This document shows positions 15,850 through 24,850 of a stretch of 64,000 nucleotides of DNA, one piece after another. Each line of letters begins with the position of its first letter. The stretch's first letter is position 1. The notes below the pieces were generated by a model. The model was not told the DNA's origin, made no database searches, and worked only from the letters and a program-made list of their open reading frames with translations. Source of the stretch: Gaiellaceae bacterium. GTDB lineage: Bacteria; Actinomycetota; Thermoleophilia; Gaiellales; Gaiellaceae. Position numbers and translations under genes: made by a program. Location: positions 2,114-66,113 of the forward strand of contig DAITAW010000004.1 of NCBI GenBank assembly GCA_036824055.1. The letters run 5' to 3'.

Positions 15850-16209
15850 TTAGACGCGGCTGAGGTGCGTGTCCTTGAACGCCGTCGGGTACTTCAGCCC
15901 GTAGCCGAGCAGCCGGTCCGCGCCGATGTGCGCGAGCCAGATCAGCGCGATCTTCGTTGCGCCGCTGGAGTCGGCCACGACCCCCACCGCGCCGAGCGCA
16001 ACCGGGAAGATCTCCGTGTGCACCGCGTCATAGGCGATCGCCCCCACCTTCGGCCCGAAGGCATAGCCGGCGAAAGAGAGATCCGGGGCCAGGATCAGCG
16101 CCACGAAGAGGATCCACCCGAAGTCTTCGTGGAAATACAGAACGACCGCGGCGGCCACGATTGCGAGGCCCTCCAGCCGGAGCAGCAGGTGCGGGAGCCG
16201 GTCCAGCAC
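15850..16209 (-). CDS. DUF4260-family membrane protein
   Basis: LLRLEGLAIVAAAVVLYF...GWILFVALILAPDLSFAGY...YDAVHT...LIWLAHIGADRLLGYGLKY matches the DUF4260 pattern. It lies on the opposite strand inside the dcw cluster. GTG start taken at 16209. Confidence 0.6.
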   Translation of the reverse strand: MLDRLPHLLLRLEGLAIVAAAVVLYFHEDFGWILFVALILAPDLSFAGYAFGPKVGAIAYDAVHTEIFPVALGAVGVVADSSGATKIALIWLAHIGADRLLGYGLKYPTAFKDTHLSRV

Positions 16210-16258
16210 CCTGCAACAGTAACGCCGTAGGGCGCCCGCACTAGACTTGGGCGGCGAA

Positions 16259-17623
16259 ATGCAGCTGGAGCGGCTCATCGCAGCGCTCGCTCCGACCGAC
16301 GTCGTCGGAGACGGTGCCCTCGAGATCCGCGAGCTGGCGTACGACGCGCGGGAGGTGCCGCGCGACTCCCTGTTCTTCTGCGTCCCGGGCGCGAAGGCTG
16401 ACGGCCACGATTTCGCTGCTCAGGCGCTCGAACGGGGTGCGGCGGCGCTCGTGGTCGAGCGCCGGCTCGAGCTCGATGCCACGCAGGTCATCGTCCCCAG
16501 CGTCCGGGCTGCCATGCCGCCTGCCGCGGTGAAGTTCTTCGGCGATCCGACGGCCAAGCTGCCGGTCGCGGCAATCACCGGGACAAACGGGAAGACGACG
16601 ACCGCCTACCTGCTCTGGTCGATTCTCGCCGCCGCAGGTGAGCAGCCCGGGCTGCTCACGAACATGGAACGGCGGGTCGGCGCCGAGGTGCGCGAGGTCG
16701 GCCTCAACACGCCCGAGTCGATCGACCTGCAACGTCTGTTCCGCGAGATGATCGACGAAGGGAATCGCGCGTGCGTGATGGAGGCGACCTCGATAGCGTC
16801 GGCGAAGGGACGGCTCGAAGGAGCCCGGTTCGCTGTGCTCGTCTTCACGAACCTGACGCAGGACCACCTCGACTTCCATGGCACGATGGAGGACTACTTC
16901 GAGTCGAAGAGGCGTCTCTTCGCGCAGGCCCAGCATGCCGTCGTCAACGTCGGCGACGAGTACGGCGAACGCCTCGCTGCCGAGCTTCCCGGTGCGATCA
17001 CGTTCCGGCCGGACGACGCGTTGGGTGACGTGGACCTGAAGCTCGCCGGGCGTTTCAACATCGAGAACGCACTCGCCGCGGCCACCGCTGCGCGCGCACT
17101 CGGCATCGGCGACGCGGCGATCAAGCAGGGCATCGAGGCGGTCACGCGTGTCTCCGGCCGCTTCGAACGGGTTGACGAGGGTCAGCCCTTCACAGTGCTC
17201 GTCGACTACGCGCACACGCCCGGAGCGCTCGAGACGGCACTCGAGGCGGCGCGCGAGCTCGGTCCCGGAGGCCGTCTGCTCTGCGTCTTCGGGGCAGGGG
17301 GCGACCGCGACCGGGCAAAACGGCCCTTGATGGGGCGGGTCGTCGCGGAGCTCGCAGACGTCTCGCTCGTGACCTCGGACAATCCCCGGAGCGAGGATCC
17401 GGCCGCGATCGCGGCCGAGATCGTCGCTGGGCTCGACCTCGAGGTCGAGCTCGACCGTCGCCGTGCGATCGAGCGGGCGCTCGAGTCGGCGCGGGCGGGC
17501 GACGTCGTCGTCATTGCCGGCAAGGGACACGAGCAGGGTCAAGAAATCGCCGGGCGCAAGCTCCCCTTCGATGACCGCGAAGTGGCGCGCGAGGCTCTGC
17601 GCCGCCTGGGGGCGCCGACGTGA
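16259..17623 (+). CDS. murE: UDP-N-acetylmuramoyl-L-alanyl-D-glutamate--2,6-diaminopimelate ligase
   Basis: ITGTNGKTTT P-loop, Mur ligase middle and C-terminal domains, and the DNPR motif (TSDNPRSEDP) that indicates meso-DAP specificity. Confidence 0.9.
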   Translation: MQLERLIAALAPTDVVGDGALEIRELAYDAREVPRDSLFFCVPGAKADGHDFAAQALERGAAALVVERRLELDATQVIVPSVRAAMPPAAVKFFGDPTAKLPVAAITGTNGKTTTAYLLWSILAAAGEQPGLLTNMERRVGAEVREVGLNTPESIDLQRLFREMIDEGNRACVMEATSIASAKGRLEGARFAVLVFTNLTQDHLDFHGTMEDYFESKRRLFAQAQHAVVNVGDEYGERLAAELPGAITFRPDDALGDVDLKLAGRFNIENALAAATAARALGIGDAAIKQGIEAVTRVSGRFERVDEGQPFTVLVDYAHTPGALETALEAARELGPGGRLLCVFGAGGDRDRAKRPLMGRVVAELADVSLVTSDNPRSEDPAAIAAEIVAGLDLEVELDRRRAIERALESARAGDVVVIAGKGHEQGQEIAGRKLPFDDREVAREALRRLGAPT

Positions 17624-18846
17624 TCGCGCTCGAGCTGCACACGCTGAGCGGGCTCGGTGAGATAGACGCACGCGCGGACACGTTCACCGGCGTGCAAGTG
17701 GACTCGCGGCGCATTGTCCCGGGAGATCTCTTCGTCGCCGTGGGCACGGGCTCGGACTTCGTGGACGACGCTCTCAGCCGTGGCGCGGCCGCGACGCTGG
17801 TACCGCATGATCCTTTCGCAGCGCTTGCACGCCTCGGGGCTGCCGTGCGCAAGCGCACGTCGGCGAGCATCGTGGCGATCACGGGGTCGATGGGGAAGAC
17901 GTCGACGAAAGACATCCTCGCTGCTTTGAGCACGCCGTCGGCGCGCACCATCGCAGCAGAGGCGAGCTTCAACAACGAGATCGGCGTGCCGCTCACGCTC
18001 TGCCGCCTCGAAGAGGACACGGAGGTCTGCATCCTCGAGCTGGCCATGCGAGGCTTCGGACAGATCGCCGAGCTCGCGCAGATCGCGAGGCCGCAAATAG
18101 GTGTCGTCACGAACGTCGGTCCCGTGCACCTCGAGCTCGTGGACTCCCTGGACGGCGTCGTCCGGGCGAAGAGTGAGCTGATCGCAGCACTGCCCAGCGG
18201 CGGCACGGCCATCGTCCCCGCGGACTTTCCGGTCTCCCGCAACGACGTCGACGTCGTGCGAGTCGGAGCTCCGGACGCGACCCGTGTCGCGGGGCGAACG
18301 ATCGTCGGCGGTGTGAGCTTCAACTTCACCGCGCACCATCAGATCCAGAACGCGGCGAGCGCGCTCGCCGCTCTCGACGCGCTCGTGCTGCCGCGCCCGC
18401 AGTCCGTCGACGTGGATTTCGCCCGTTGGCGTGGGGAGGAGCACGAGCTCCCAGGCGGCGGACTGCTCATCAACGACGCCTACAACGCCAACCCCGTCTC
18501 GATGCGCGCGGCACTCGCCTACCTGGCCGAGCGGGCGGCCGACCGCCGCCGTGTTGCGATTCTCGGCGACATGGCCGAGCTCGGCCGCACAGGCCCGGAG
18601 TACCACCGAGAGGTCGGCGTCGCCGCGTCGGAGCTCGGCGTGGACGAGCTCCTCGCCGTCGGCGAGCTCGCCCGCGGGTACCTTGAAGGCGGCGTCCCGG
18701 GTCGCTGGGCCGCCAACGTCCACGACGCGCTCCGTCAGGTGGACGAGCTGGTCCGGCCGGGAGACGCGGTGCTCGTGAAGGCGTCACGTGCCGTCGGTCT
18801 CGAAGCTGTGGCAGCTGCACTCACTCAGACACCCACGACGACGTGA
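17620..18846 (+). CDS. murF: UDP-N-acetylmuramoyl-tripeptide--D-alanyl-D-alanine ligase
   Basis: ITGSMGKTSTKD P-loop, NDAYNANP motif, dcw position, GTGA overlap with murE. Confidence 0.9.
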   Translation: MIALELHTLSGLGEIDARADTFTGVQVDSRRIVPGDLFVAVGTGSDFVDDALSRGAAATLVPHDPFAALARLGAAVRKRTSASIVAITGSMGKTSTKDILAALSTPSARTIAAEASFNNEIGVPLTLCRLEEDTEVCILELAMRGFGQIAELAQIARPQIGVVTNVGPVHLELVDSLDGVVRAKSELIAALPSGGTAIVPADFPVSRNDVDVVRVGAPDATRVAGRTIVGGVSFNFTAHHQIQNAASALAALDALVLPRPQSVDVDFARWRGEEHELPGGGLLINDAYNANPVSMRAALAYLAERAADRRRVAILGDMAELGRTGPEYHREVGVAASELGVDELLAVGELARGYLEGGVPGRWAANVHDALRQVDELVRPGDAVLVKASRAVGLEAVAAALTQTPTTT

Positions 18847-19853
18847 TCCGCGTTCTCGCCGCAGGAGTGGTCGCGATGATCGTGTCGATCGTCGTCGGTC
18901 CCAAGTTCATCGCGTTTCTGCGCCGGAACGAGTTCGGCCAGCACATCCGTGAGGAGTTACCGGAAGGCCACCGTGTGAAACAGGGAACGCCGACGATGGG
19001 TGGCCTGCTCATCCTTGTCGTCGCCACGGGTGCGTTCCTCGCCGTGTCGAAGTACAAGGTTCCTGCGCTCACGGTGCTCTTCGTCACGCTCGGCTGCGGA
19101 GCGATCGGGTTCCTCGACGATTTCATCAAGCTCACGCACAGGCGCTCGCTCGGGTTACGCGGACGCTGGAAGATGTTGCTGCTCGCCCTGATCACCGTCG
19201 GCGTCGGTTTCGCGGCCCAGCACCAGCGGCTACCCACGAACGTCTTCATCCCCATCGTGCACTGGAACGTCGAGCTCTCGTGGGGCTGGTACGTCCTGTT
19301 GTTTCTCGTGATCGCGGGAACTGCGAACGGAGTCAACCTCGCCGACGGGCTCGACGGGCTGGCGGCGGGAACCGGGATCATTGCCCTGATCACCTTCACG
19401 GCCATCTCGGTCGTGACCTACATCCGTTCGGGCAACCCCGGTGGTCGCTTCGACAGCCGACTCGATCTCGCCATCGTCGGCGCCGCATTGATCGGAGCCA
19501 CGATCGGATTCCTCTGGTACAACGCCTTCCCTGCGGAAGTGATCATGGGTGACACCGGGGCGATGGCGATCGGTGGCGCGCTCGCTGCGATGGCGATCTT
19601 CACTCAGACCATTTTCCTGCTTCTGTTCATCGGCGGTATCTTCGCGATCGAGGCGCTCTCCGTGATCGTGCAGGTCATCGGCTTCAAGTACTACGGCAGA
19701 CGCGTCTTCTTGATGGCGCCGATTCACTACCACTTCGAGATGAAGGCGTGGTCCGAGACCAAGATCATGGTGCGCTTCTGGATCATCACCGCGATCCTCT
19801 GCGCCATCGGCTTCGCACTCTTCTACCGCGACTTCACGTTCTTCCGACACTGA
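18843..19853 (+). CDS. mraY: Phospho-N-acetylmuramoyl-pentapeptide transferase
   Basis: KQGTPTMGG, GFLDDFIKL, NGVNLADGLDGLA, MGDTGA and APIHYHFE motifs. GTGA overlap with murF. Confidence 0.95.
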   Translation: MIRVLAAGVVAMIVSIVVGPKFIAFLRRNEFGQHIREELPEGHRVKQGTPTMGGLLILVVATGAFLAVSKYKVPALTVLFVTLGCGAIGFLDDFIKLTHRRSLGLRGRWKMLLLALITVGVGFAAQHQRLPTNVFIPIVHWNVELSWGWYVLLFLVIAGTANGVNLADGLDGLAAGTGIIALITFTAISVVTYIRSGNPGGRFDSRLDLAIVGAALIGATIGFLWYNAFPAEVIMGDTGAMAIGGALAAMAIFTQTIFLLLFIGGIFAIEALSVIVQVIGFKYYGRRVFLMAPIHYHFEMKAWSETKIMVRFWIITAILCAIGFALFYRDFTFFRH

Positions 19854-20290
19854 GCGAGCGGCCCGGCGATACCGTCGTCAGGATCGGAGCAGGCGATTCG
19901 GTCTCCGAGCTTGCGGAACGCGTGGCTCCCGAGGGAGACGTGCTCGTGGTCGATCGTTCGGTCGACGCGTTGGAGTATCTCCGTGACACCACCACGGCCT
20001 CGAACGTCTTCTACCTGGTCGGTTCGATGGACGTCCTGCCGCTGACCGACGCGAGCGCCGACGAGATCCTCGCGACAGCCGTTCCCACCGTGGACGCTGC
20101 AGCCGAGTTCTTCCGCGTCCTCCGTCCTCGAGGACAGGTAGCTCTTGCAACGAGCGACGAGGACCAGACCGGGCTCGCGTTGAACGTAGAGGCAGATGAG
20201 CTCGAGCAGCTGTTCAGCGACGCCGGATTCACCGCGGTGACGGTCGCCGTGGCACCAGGCCGGCTGGCCGTCGCCGCGCAGAAGCCGTGA
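19850..20290 (+). CDS. Small class-I SAM-methyltransferase-like ORF with no canonical start
   Basis: Motif I-like VVRIGAGDS, post-I VLVVDRS, LPLTDASADEIL and FFRVLRPRGQVAL. The only in-frame start options are a CTG overlapping the mraY stop (CTGA at 19850-19853), an ATG at 19748 (106-nt overlap with mraY), or a GTG at 19922 downstream of motif I. The 3' end overlaps murD by GTGA. Confidence 0.4.
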   Translation: MSERPGDTVVRIGAGDSVSELAERVAPEGDVLVVDRSVDALEYLRDTTTASNVFYLVGSMDVLPLTDASADEILATAVPTVDAAAEFFRVLRPRGQVALATSDEDQTGLALNVEADELEQLFSDAGFTAVTVAVAPGRLAVAAQKP

Positions 20291-21540
20291 AACTTCCACG
20301 CCGGGCGCTCGTCCTCGGGCTGGCACGATCCGGGCAGGCAGCGGCCCTGGCACTCGCCCGGCGCGGCGTGCCCACGGTGGGCGTAGACCGGGCCGACGGC
20401 CTGGACACCGGGAGGCTTGCCGAAGCTGGCGTCGAAGTTCACCTCGGGACTGAGGAGGAAGGTCTGCTGGACGACGTCGAGCTGCTCATCAAGAGCCCGG
20501 GCGTGCCCGGGGAATCGCCGCTGCCGACGGCTGCGCGCGTGCGCGGAATTCCGATCTGGAGCGAGATCGAGCTCGGCTTCCGCCTGCTTCGAAACCCGCT
20601 TGTTGGGGTTACGGGGACGAACGGTAAGACGACGACGAGCGAGCTACTCGGCGCGATGTTCCGCGCCGCGGGCACGCCGGTGGCCGTCGCCGGGAATGTC
20701 GGCAGGCCGCTGACCGGCTTCGACGGCGCGTTGGAGAAGGACGCCTGGATCGTCTGCGAGCTGTCGAGCTTCCAGCTCGAGGACGTCCACCGCCTCAGAC
20801 CGCGTGTTGCCGTCCTCCTGAACCTGGAGCCCGACCATCTCGACCGCCACGAGTCCTACGACGCCTACCGGGACGCGAAGCTGAGGATCTTCGAGAACCA
20901 GACCGAGGCCGACGTCGCCGTCGTGCCGCAGGACTTCGGAGTGATCCCGGGTGGCGCGGACCGCGTCGAGTTCCGGGCGGACGATCCGCTCCCCGCCGAG
21001 CCGCTCATCCCCGGCGCGCACAACCGCGAGAACGCCGCGGCCGCCACGGCTGCAGCGCGGGCCGCGGGCATCGAGGACGCCGCCATCGCCGAAGCGCTCA
21101 GCACGTTTCCCGGGGTCGAACACCGCCTCGAGCTCGTCGCCGAGCTCGACGGCGTTCGGTTCGTCAACGACTCGAAGGCGACCAACACGGCTGCGGCACG
21201 TCGGGGCATCGCCGCCTACGCCGGCCGGCCGCTCCGGCTCATTCTCGGCGGCTCGTTGAAAGGCGAGTCGTTCGACGAGCTCGCCGAAGAGCTTCCCGCC
21301 TCGGTGCGTTCGATCGATCTCATCGGCGAGGCGACCGAGCAGCTTGCTGCTTCGTTGGCGCGCGCCGGGCGCTCGTTCCGCCGATCCGGCGACCTCGCCA
21401 CCGCGGTCGGAGCTGCCGCCGGAGACGCCGAGCCCGGCGACGTCGTGCTGCTGTCGCCCGCCTGTGCGAGCTACGACCAATTTCGCGATTTCGAAGAGCG
21501 CGGCGAAACGTTCCGGCGGCTCGTCGGAGAGCTGTGGTGA
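20287..21540 (+). CDS. murD: UDP-N-acetylmuramoylalanine--D-glutamate ligase
   Basis: VTGTNGKTTTSEL P-loop, Mur ligase domains, dcw position. Confidence 0.9.
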   Translation: MKLPRRALVLGLARSGQAAALALARRGVPTVGVDRADGLDTGRLAEAGVEVHLGTEEEGLLDDVELLIKSPGVPGESPLPTAARVRGIPIWSEIELGFRLLRNPLVGVTGTNGKTTTSELLGAMFRAAGTPVAVAGNVGRPLTGFDGALEKDAWIVCELSSFQLEDVHRLRPRVAVLLNLEPDHLDRHESYDAYRDAKLRIFENQTEADVAVVPQDFGVIPGGADRVEFRADDPLPAEPLIPGAHNRENAAAATAAARAAGIEDAAIAEALSTFPGVEHRLELVAELDGVRFVNDSKATNTAAARRGIAAYAGRPLRLILGGSLKGESFDELAEELPASVRSIDLIGEATEQLAASLARAGRSFRRSGDLATAVGAAAGDAEPGDVVLLSPACASYDQFRDFEERGETFRRLVGELW

Positions 21541-22700
21541 AGAGGGCGCAGCTCGAATCGCACCTGCTCGTCATGGTCACCCTGGCTCTTGTCGCGTTCG
21601 GCCTGGTGATGGTGTACAGCGCGACCTCGGCGCCGGCGGCCCTCGCACGCACCGATCCGATGTCGTACCTGAAGAAGCAGGCCATCTACGCCTTGATCGG
21701 TGTCGCCCTGATGATGACGGCCTCGCGGTTCGACTATCGGCGGCTGCGCCTGCTCGCGCCCCCCCTGGTGCTGACCGCCCTCGGAGGTTGCCTTGCGGTG
21801 CTCGTGATCGGCGCGCGCATCAACGGCGCGCGCCGTTGGATCGAGCTCGGGCCCGCGACGTTCCAGCCGTCCGAGCTCGCCAAGCTCGCGCTGGCCGTGT
21901 GGGCGGCGGCCTATCTGTCGAAGCACCCGGCGCCGCGTTCCCTCAAGGAGCTCTGGCGTCCGATCGGCTTGCTGCTCGGCGTCTTCTGCCTGCTGATCCT
22001 CGCGGAGCCCGATCTCGGCACGGCCATCTCACTCGTGGTCGTTCTCCTCGCGGTGCTGCTCATCTCGGGCACGCCGGTCTCGACGCTGGCAGCGGGAACG
22101 AGCATCGCCGTCGGGCTCGGTCTCGTCGCGATCTGGTTCGAGCCCTATCGACGGGCGCGCCTCTTCAGCTTCGTCGATCCCTGGAAGGATCCGCAGGGCG
22201 CCGGATTCCAGACGGTGCAGGCGCTGATCTCGTTCGGGTCCGGCGGTTTCCTCGGTGCGGGTCTCGGCCACGGCGTGGCGAAGATCAACTATCTCCCCGA
22301 GGCGCACACCGACATGATCTTCGCGGTGATCGGCGAGGAGCTCGGACTGCTCGGTGTGACGGCGGTGATCGCCGCCTACGCGACGTTTGCCTACGCCGGT
22401 CTGCGCGTCGCGCTCGCCTGCAAGGACCCATTCGGAAAGCGTCTGGCGGCCGGGATCGTCGGGCTCGTCTGCGGTCAGGCGGTGATCAACCTCGCAGCCG
22501 TCCTCGGCCTGGCTCCGCTGACCGGGATTCCGCTGCCGTTCATCTCCTACGGCGGCTCGAGCCTCGTTGTCGCGCTCCTGGGAGTAGGGATCCTCCTTAA
22601 CATCGCCGGCAGGCATGGAGCAGCAGAGGCCAAACGTGCGGTGCCTGATCGCAGCAGGCGGGACAGCGGGCCACGTCGCGCCGTCGCTAGCGGTCGCTGA
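21534..22700 (+). CDS. ftsW: FtsW/RodA/SpoVE-family peptidoglycan polymerase
   Basis: About 10 TM segments, FQPSELAK, PDLGTA and LPEAHTDMIFAVIGEELG motifs. The 3' tail overlaps the murG start as annotated, so the true end or the murG start is uncertain. Confidence 0.85.
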   Translation: MVKRAQLESHLLVMVTLALVAFGLVMVYSATSAPAALARTDPMSYLKKQAIYALIGVALMMTASRFDYRRLRLLAPPLVLTALGGCLAVLVIGARINGARRWIELGPATFQPSELAKLALAVWAAAYLSKHPAPRSLKELWRPIGLLLGVFCLLILAEPDLGTAISLVVVLLAVLLISGTPVSTLAAGTSIAVGLGLVAIWFEPYRRARLFSFVDPWKDPQGAGFQTVQALISFGSGGFLGAGLGHGVAKINYLPEAHTDMIFAVIGEELGLLGVTAVIAAYATFAYAGLRVALACKDPFGKRLAAGIVGLVCGQAVINLAAVLGLAPLTGIPLPFISYGGSSLVVALLGVGILLNIAGRHGAAEAKRAVPDRSRRDSGPRRAVASGR

Positions 22701-23685
22701 AGCACTGCAGCGGCGCGGGGCGCACGTGACGTTCGCCGGGTCGCCCGATCGGATCGAAGCTCGGCTCGTTCCCGAGGCGGGTTACGAGCTCGACACCTTT
22801 CGGATCTCCGGGCTCCCACGCCGGCCCTCGCCCGAGCTGGTGCGCGCCCTGCTCCTCGCCGGACGTGCACCGCGAGCTTGCGCGCGCATCCTGGCAGCGC
22901 GGCGACCGGACGTCGTGCTCGGAGGCGGCGGCTACGTGGCGGGACCGATGGTGTACGCGGCTGCACGCCGAAAGATTCCAACCGCGTTGATGGAGGCCGA
23001 TGCCCAGCTCGGGCTGGCCAACAGGTTGGCTGCGCCGTTCGCGGCCCGCGTCTTCCTCTCGTTTCCGATTGCCGGGCGCGGCGGGTCGAAATACAGAGTC
23101 ACCGGCCGGCCGATACCGGCGCGCTCACAGGCCGTGCCGAGGGAGGAAGCGCGCAGCCTCTTCGGCCTCCCGCGGGAGGGACCGGTGTTACTCGTCTTCG
23201 GCGGTTCGCTCGGGGCACATGTGCTGAACGAGCTCGCGATCGAGGCATTCGGGGAGGAAGGTCCGGCCGTCCTGCACCTATCCGGCACGCGCGACTACGA
23301 CGAGTTGCGCACGAGAGTGACGCGGCCGGACTACCGCCTCTTCGCCTTTGTCGAGGAGTTCGGTGCGGCTCTCGGTGCGAGCGACCTCGCGCTCGCCCGA
23401 GCGGGCGGCTCGGTCTGGGAGCTCGCCGCTGCCGGCAAGCCGGCTGTGCTCGTTCCCGGTCTCTTCGCGACCGGCGATCATCAGACCAAGAACGCGCAGT
23501 ACTTCGAGGTGGGCGGAGGCGCGGTCGTTGTGCCGGAGGAGGACGTTTCGCAGGCGCCTGATCTGATCCGCTCGCTGCTCGACGACCCGCCTAGGCTGGC
23601 GGAGATGTCGGCCGCGATGACGCGGCTCGCGCGGCCTGATGCTGCAGACGAGATCGCCGAGGAGCTCATTGCCCTCGCCTCTTGA
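22615..23685 (+). CDS. murG: UDP-N-acetylglucosamine--N-acetylmuramyl-(pentapeptide) pyrophosphoryl-undecaprenol GlcNAc transferase
   Basis: AAGGTAGHVAPSLAVAEAL N-terminal motif, GGSLGA and ARAGGSVWELAAAGKPAVLVP. Confidence 0.9.
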   Translation: MEQQRPNVRCLIAAGGTAGHVAPSLAVAEALQRRGAHVTFAGSPDRIEARLVPEAGYELDTFRISGLPRRPSPELVRALLLAGRAPRACARILAARRPDVVLGGGGYVAGPMVYAAARRKIPTALMEADAQLGLANRLAAPFAARVFLSFPIAGRGGSKYRVTGRPIPARSQAVPREEARSLFGLPREGPVLLVFGGSLGAHVLNELAIEAFGEEGPAVLHLSGTRDYDELRTRVTRPDYRLFAFVEEFGAALGASDLALARAGGSVWELAAAGKPAVLVPGLFATGDHQTKNAQYFEVGGGAVVVPEEDVSQAPDLIRSLLDDPPRLAEMSAAMTRLARPDAADEIAEELIALAS

Positions 23686-24850
23686 GGGGCGAAAGGTCTG
23701 GCTTGCCGGCATCGGCGGCGCGGGCATGAGCGCGTACGCCGTGCTCGCCCGAGCCTGGGGAGCGGACGTGCGCGGCTGGGATCGAACGCACACCCCGTAC
23801 ACCGAGCATCTCGCCGGGATCGACGTCGAGATCTCGGACGAACCGCCGCAGCCGCCGGAGGGCTGGGAGGCGTTCGTGTCCACCGCATTCGCCGGGCGCG
23901 TCCCGGGAAAGACCCGCGCCGAGCTGCTTGCCGAGCTCGTCTCCTTGCGCGACTCCATCGTTGTCGCCGGCGCGCATGGCAAGACGACCACCAGCGCCAT
24001 GATCGCGTTCTGCCTCGAGCAGCTCGGCCGCGACCCGGCCTGGCTGATCGGCGCCGATGTTCCGCAGCTCGGTGGCAATGCCGGAACGGGAGAGGGATGG
24101 CTCGTCGTCGAGGGAGACGAGTCCGACCGGACGATTGCCGAGCTGCGGCCACGCGTGGCGGTCGTGACCAACGTCGACCTCGACCATCATGCGACGTTCG
24201 GCTCGCGCGCGGAGGTTGCCGAGCTCTTCGAGCGCTGGCTCGCGAACGTTCCGGCGGTCGTGCGCGGCGAGGAGCTCGACCCGTACGACGGACCACTCGC
24301 CGTTGCGGGTGTGCACAACCGGCGCAACGCAGCCGCCGCGGTTGCCGCCCTCGAGCTCGCAGGGGTCGGCCTCGACGAGGCTGCGCCCGTGCTCGCGGAA
24401 TTTCGCGGTGCAGCACGTCGCCTCGAGCACCGCGGCGGGGCCGCGAACGTCGAGGTCTACGACGACTACGCTCACCACCCGGCGGAGATCGCCGCGACGC
24501 TCGCGGCGTTGAAGAACGGAGGCCGGCTGCTCGTCCTGTTCCAGCCGCATCTGTATTCGCGCACCCGGCACCTCGCGCACGAGCTCGCCCGCGCTCTTGC
24601 CGCGGCCGATGTCGTCGCGGTGACCGACGTCTATCCCGCGCGCGAGCAGCCCGTCGACGGAGTGACGGGCAAGCTCGTTGTCGATGCACTCGCCGATCTC
24701 CGGCCGGGGATGCTCATCGGGTGGATGCCGTCGGTCGACGAAGGCGCACGTTTCCTCGCGGGTCTGCTCGGGTCCGGCGACCGCGTCGTCACCATGGGAG
24801 CGGGCGACGTGGACCGTGCCGCCGCGACAATTCTGGAGGCGCTCCGGTGA
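23639..24850 (+). CDS. murC: UDP-N-acetylmuramate--L-alanine ligase
   Basis: GIGGAGMSAYA, VAGAHGKTTTSAM P-loop and DDYAHHP motif. The start codon is uncertain because the ORF overlaps the murG 3' end. Confidence 0.9.
   Translation: MLQTRSPRSSLPSPLEGRKVWLAGIGGAGMSAYAVLARAWGADVRGWDRTHTPYTEHLAGIDVEISDEPPQPPEGWEAFVSTAFAGRVPGKTRAELLAELVSLRDSIVVAGAHGKTTTSAMIAFCLEQLGRDPAWLIGADVPQLGGNAGTGEGWLVVEGDESDRTIAELRPRVAVVTNVDLDHHATFGSRAEVAELFERWLANVPAVVRGEELDPYDGPLAVAGVHNRRNAAAAVAALELAGVGLDEAAPVLAEFRGAARRLEHRGGAANVEVYDDYAHHPAEIAATLAALKNGGRLLVLFQPHLYSRTRHLAHELARALAAADVVAVTDVYPAREQPVDGVTGKLVVDALADLRPGMLIGWMPSVDEGARFLAGLLGSGDRVVTMGAGDVDRAAATILEALR

Noticed and set aside
13852-18723. Long minus-strand ORFs (13852-15168, 16241-17671, 17539-18723 and others) inside ftsI, murE and murF
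   Set aside because: They are antisense to genes with unambiguous catalytic motifs. Their translations are dominated by Arg, Asp, Gly and Val runs typical of GC-rich antisense frames.
22615-22700. 86-nt overlap between ftsW and murG
   Set aside because: This is probably an annotation ambiguity rather than biology. The ftsW tail is Arg/Ser-rich and may end earlier through an unrecognised feature, or murG may start at the GTG near 22636.
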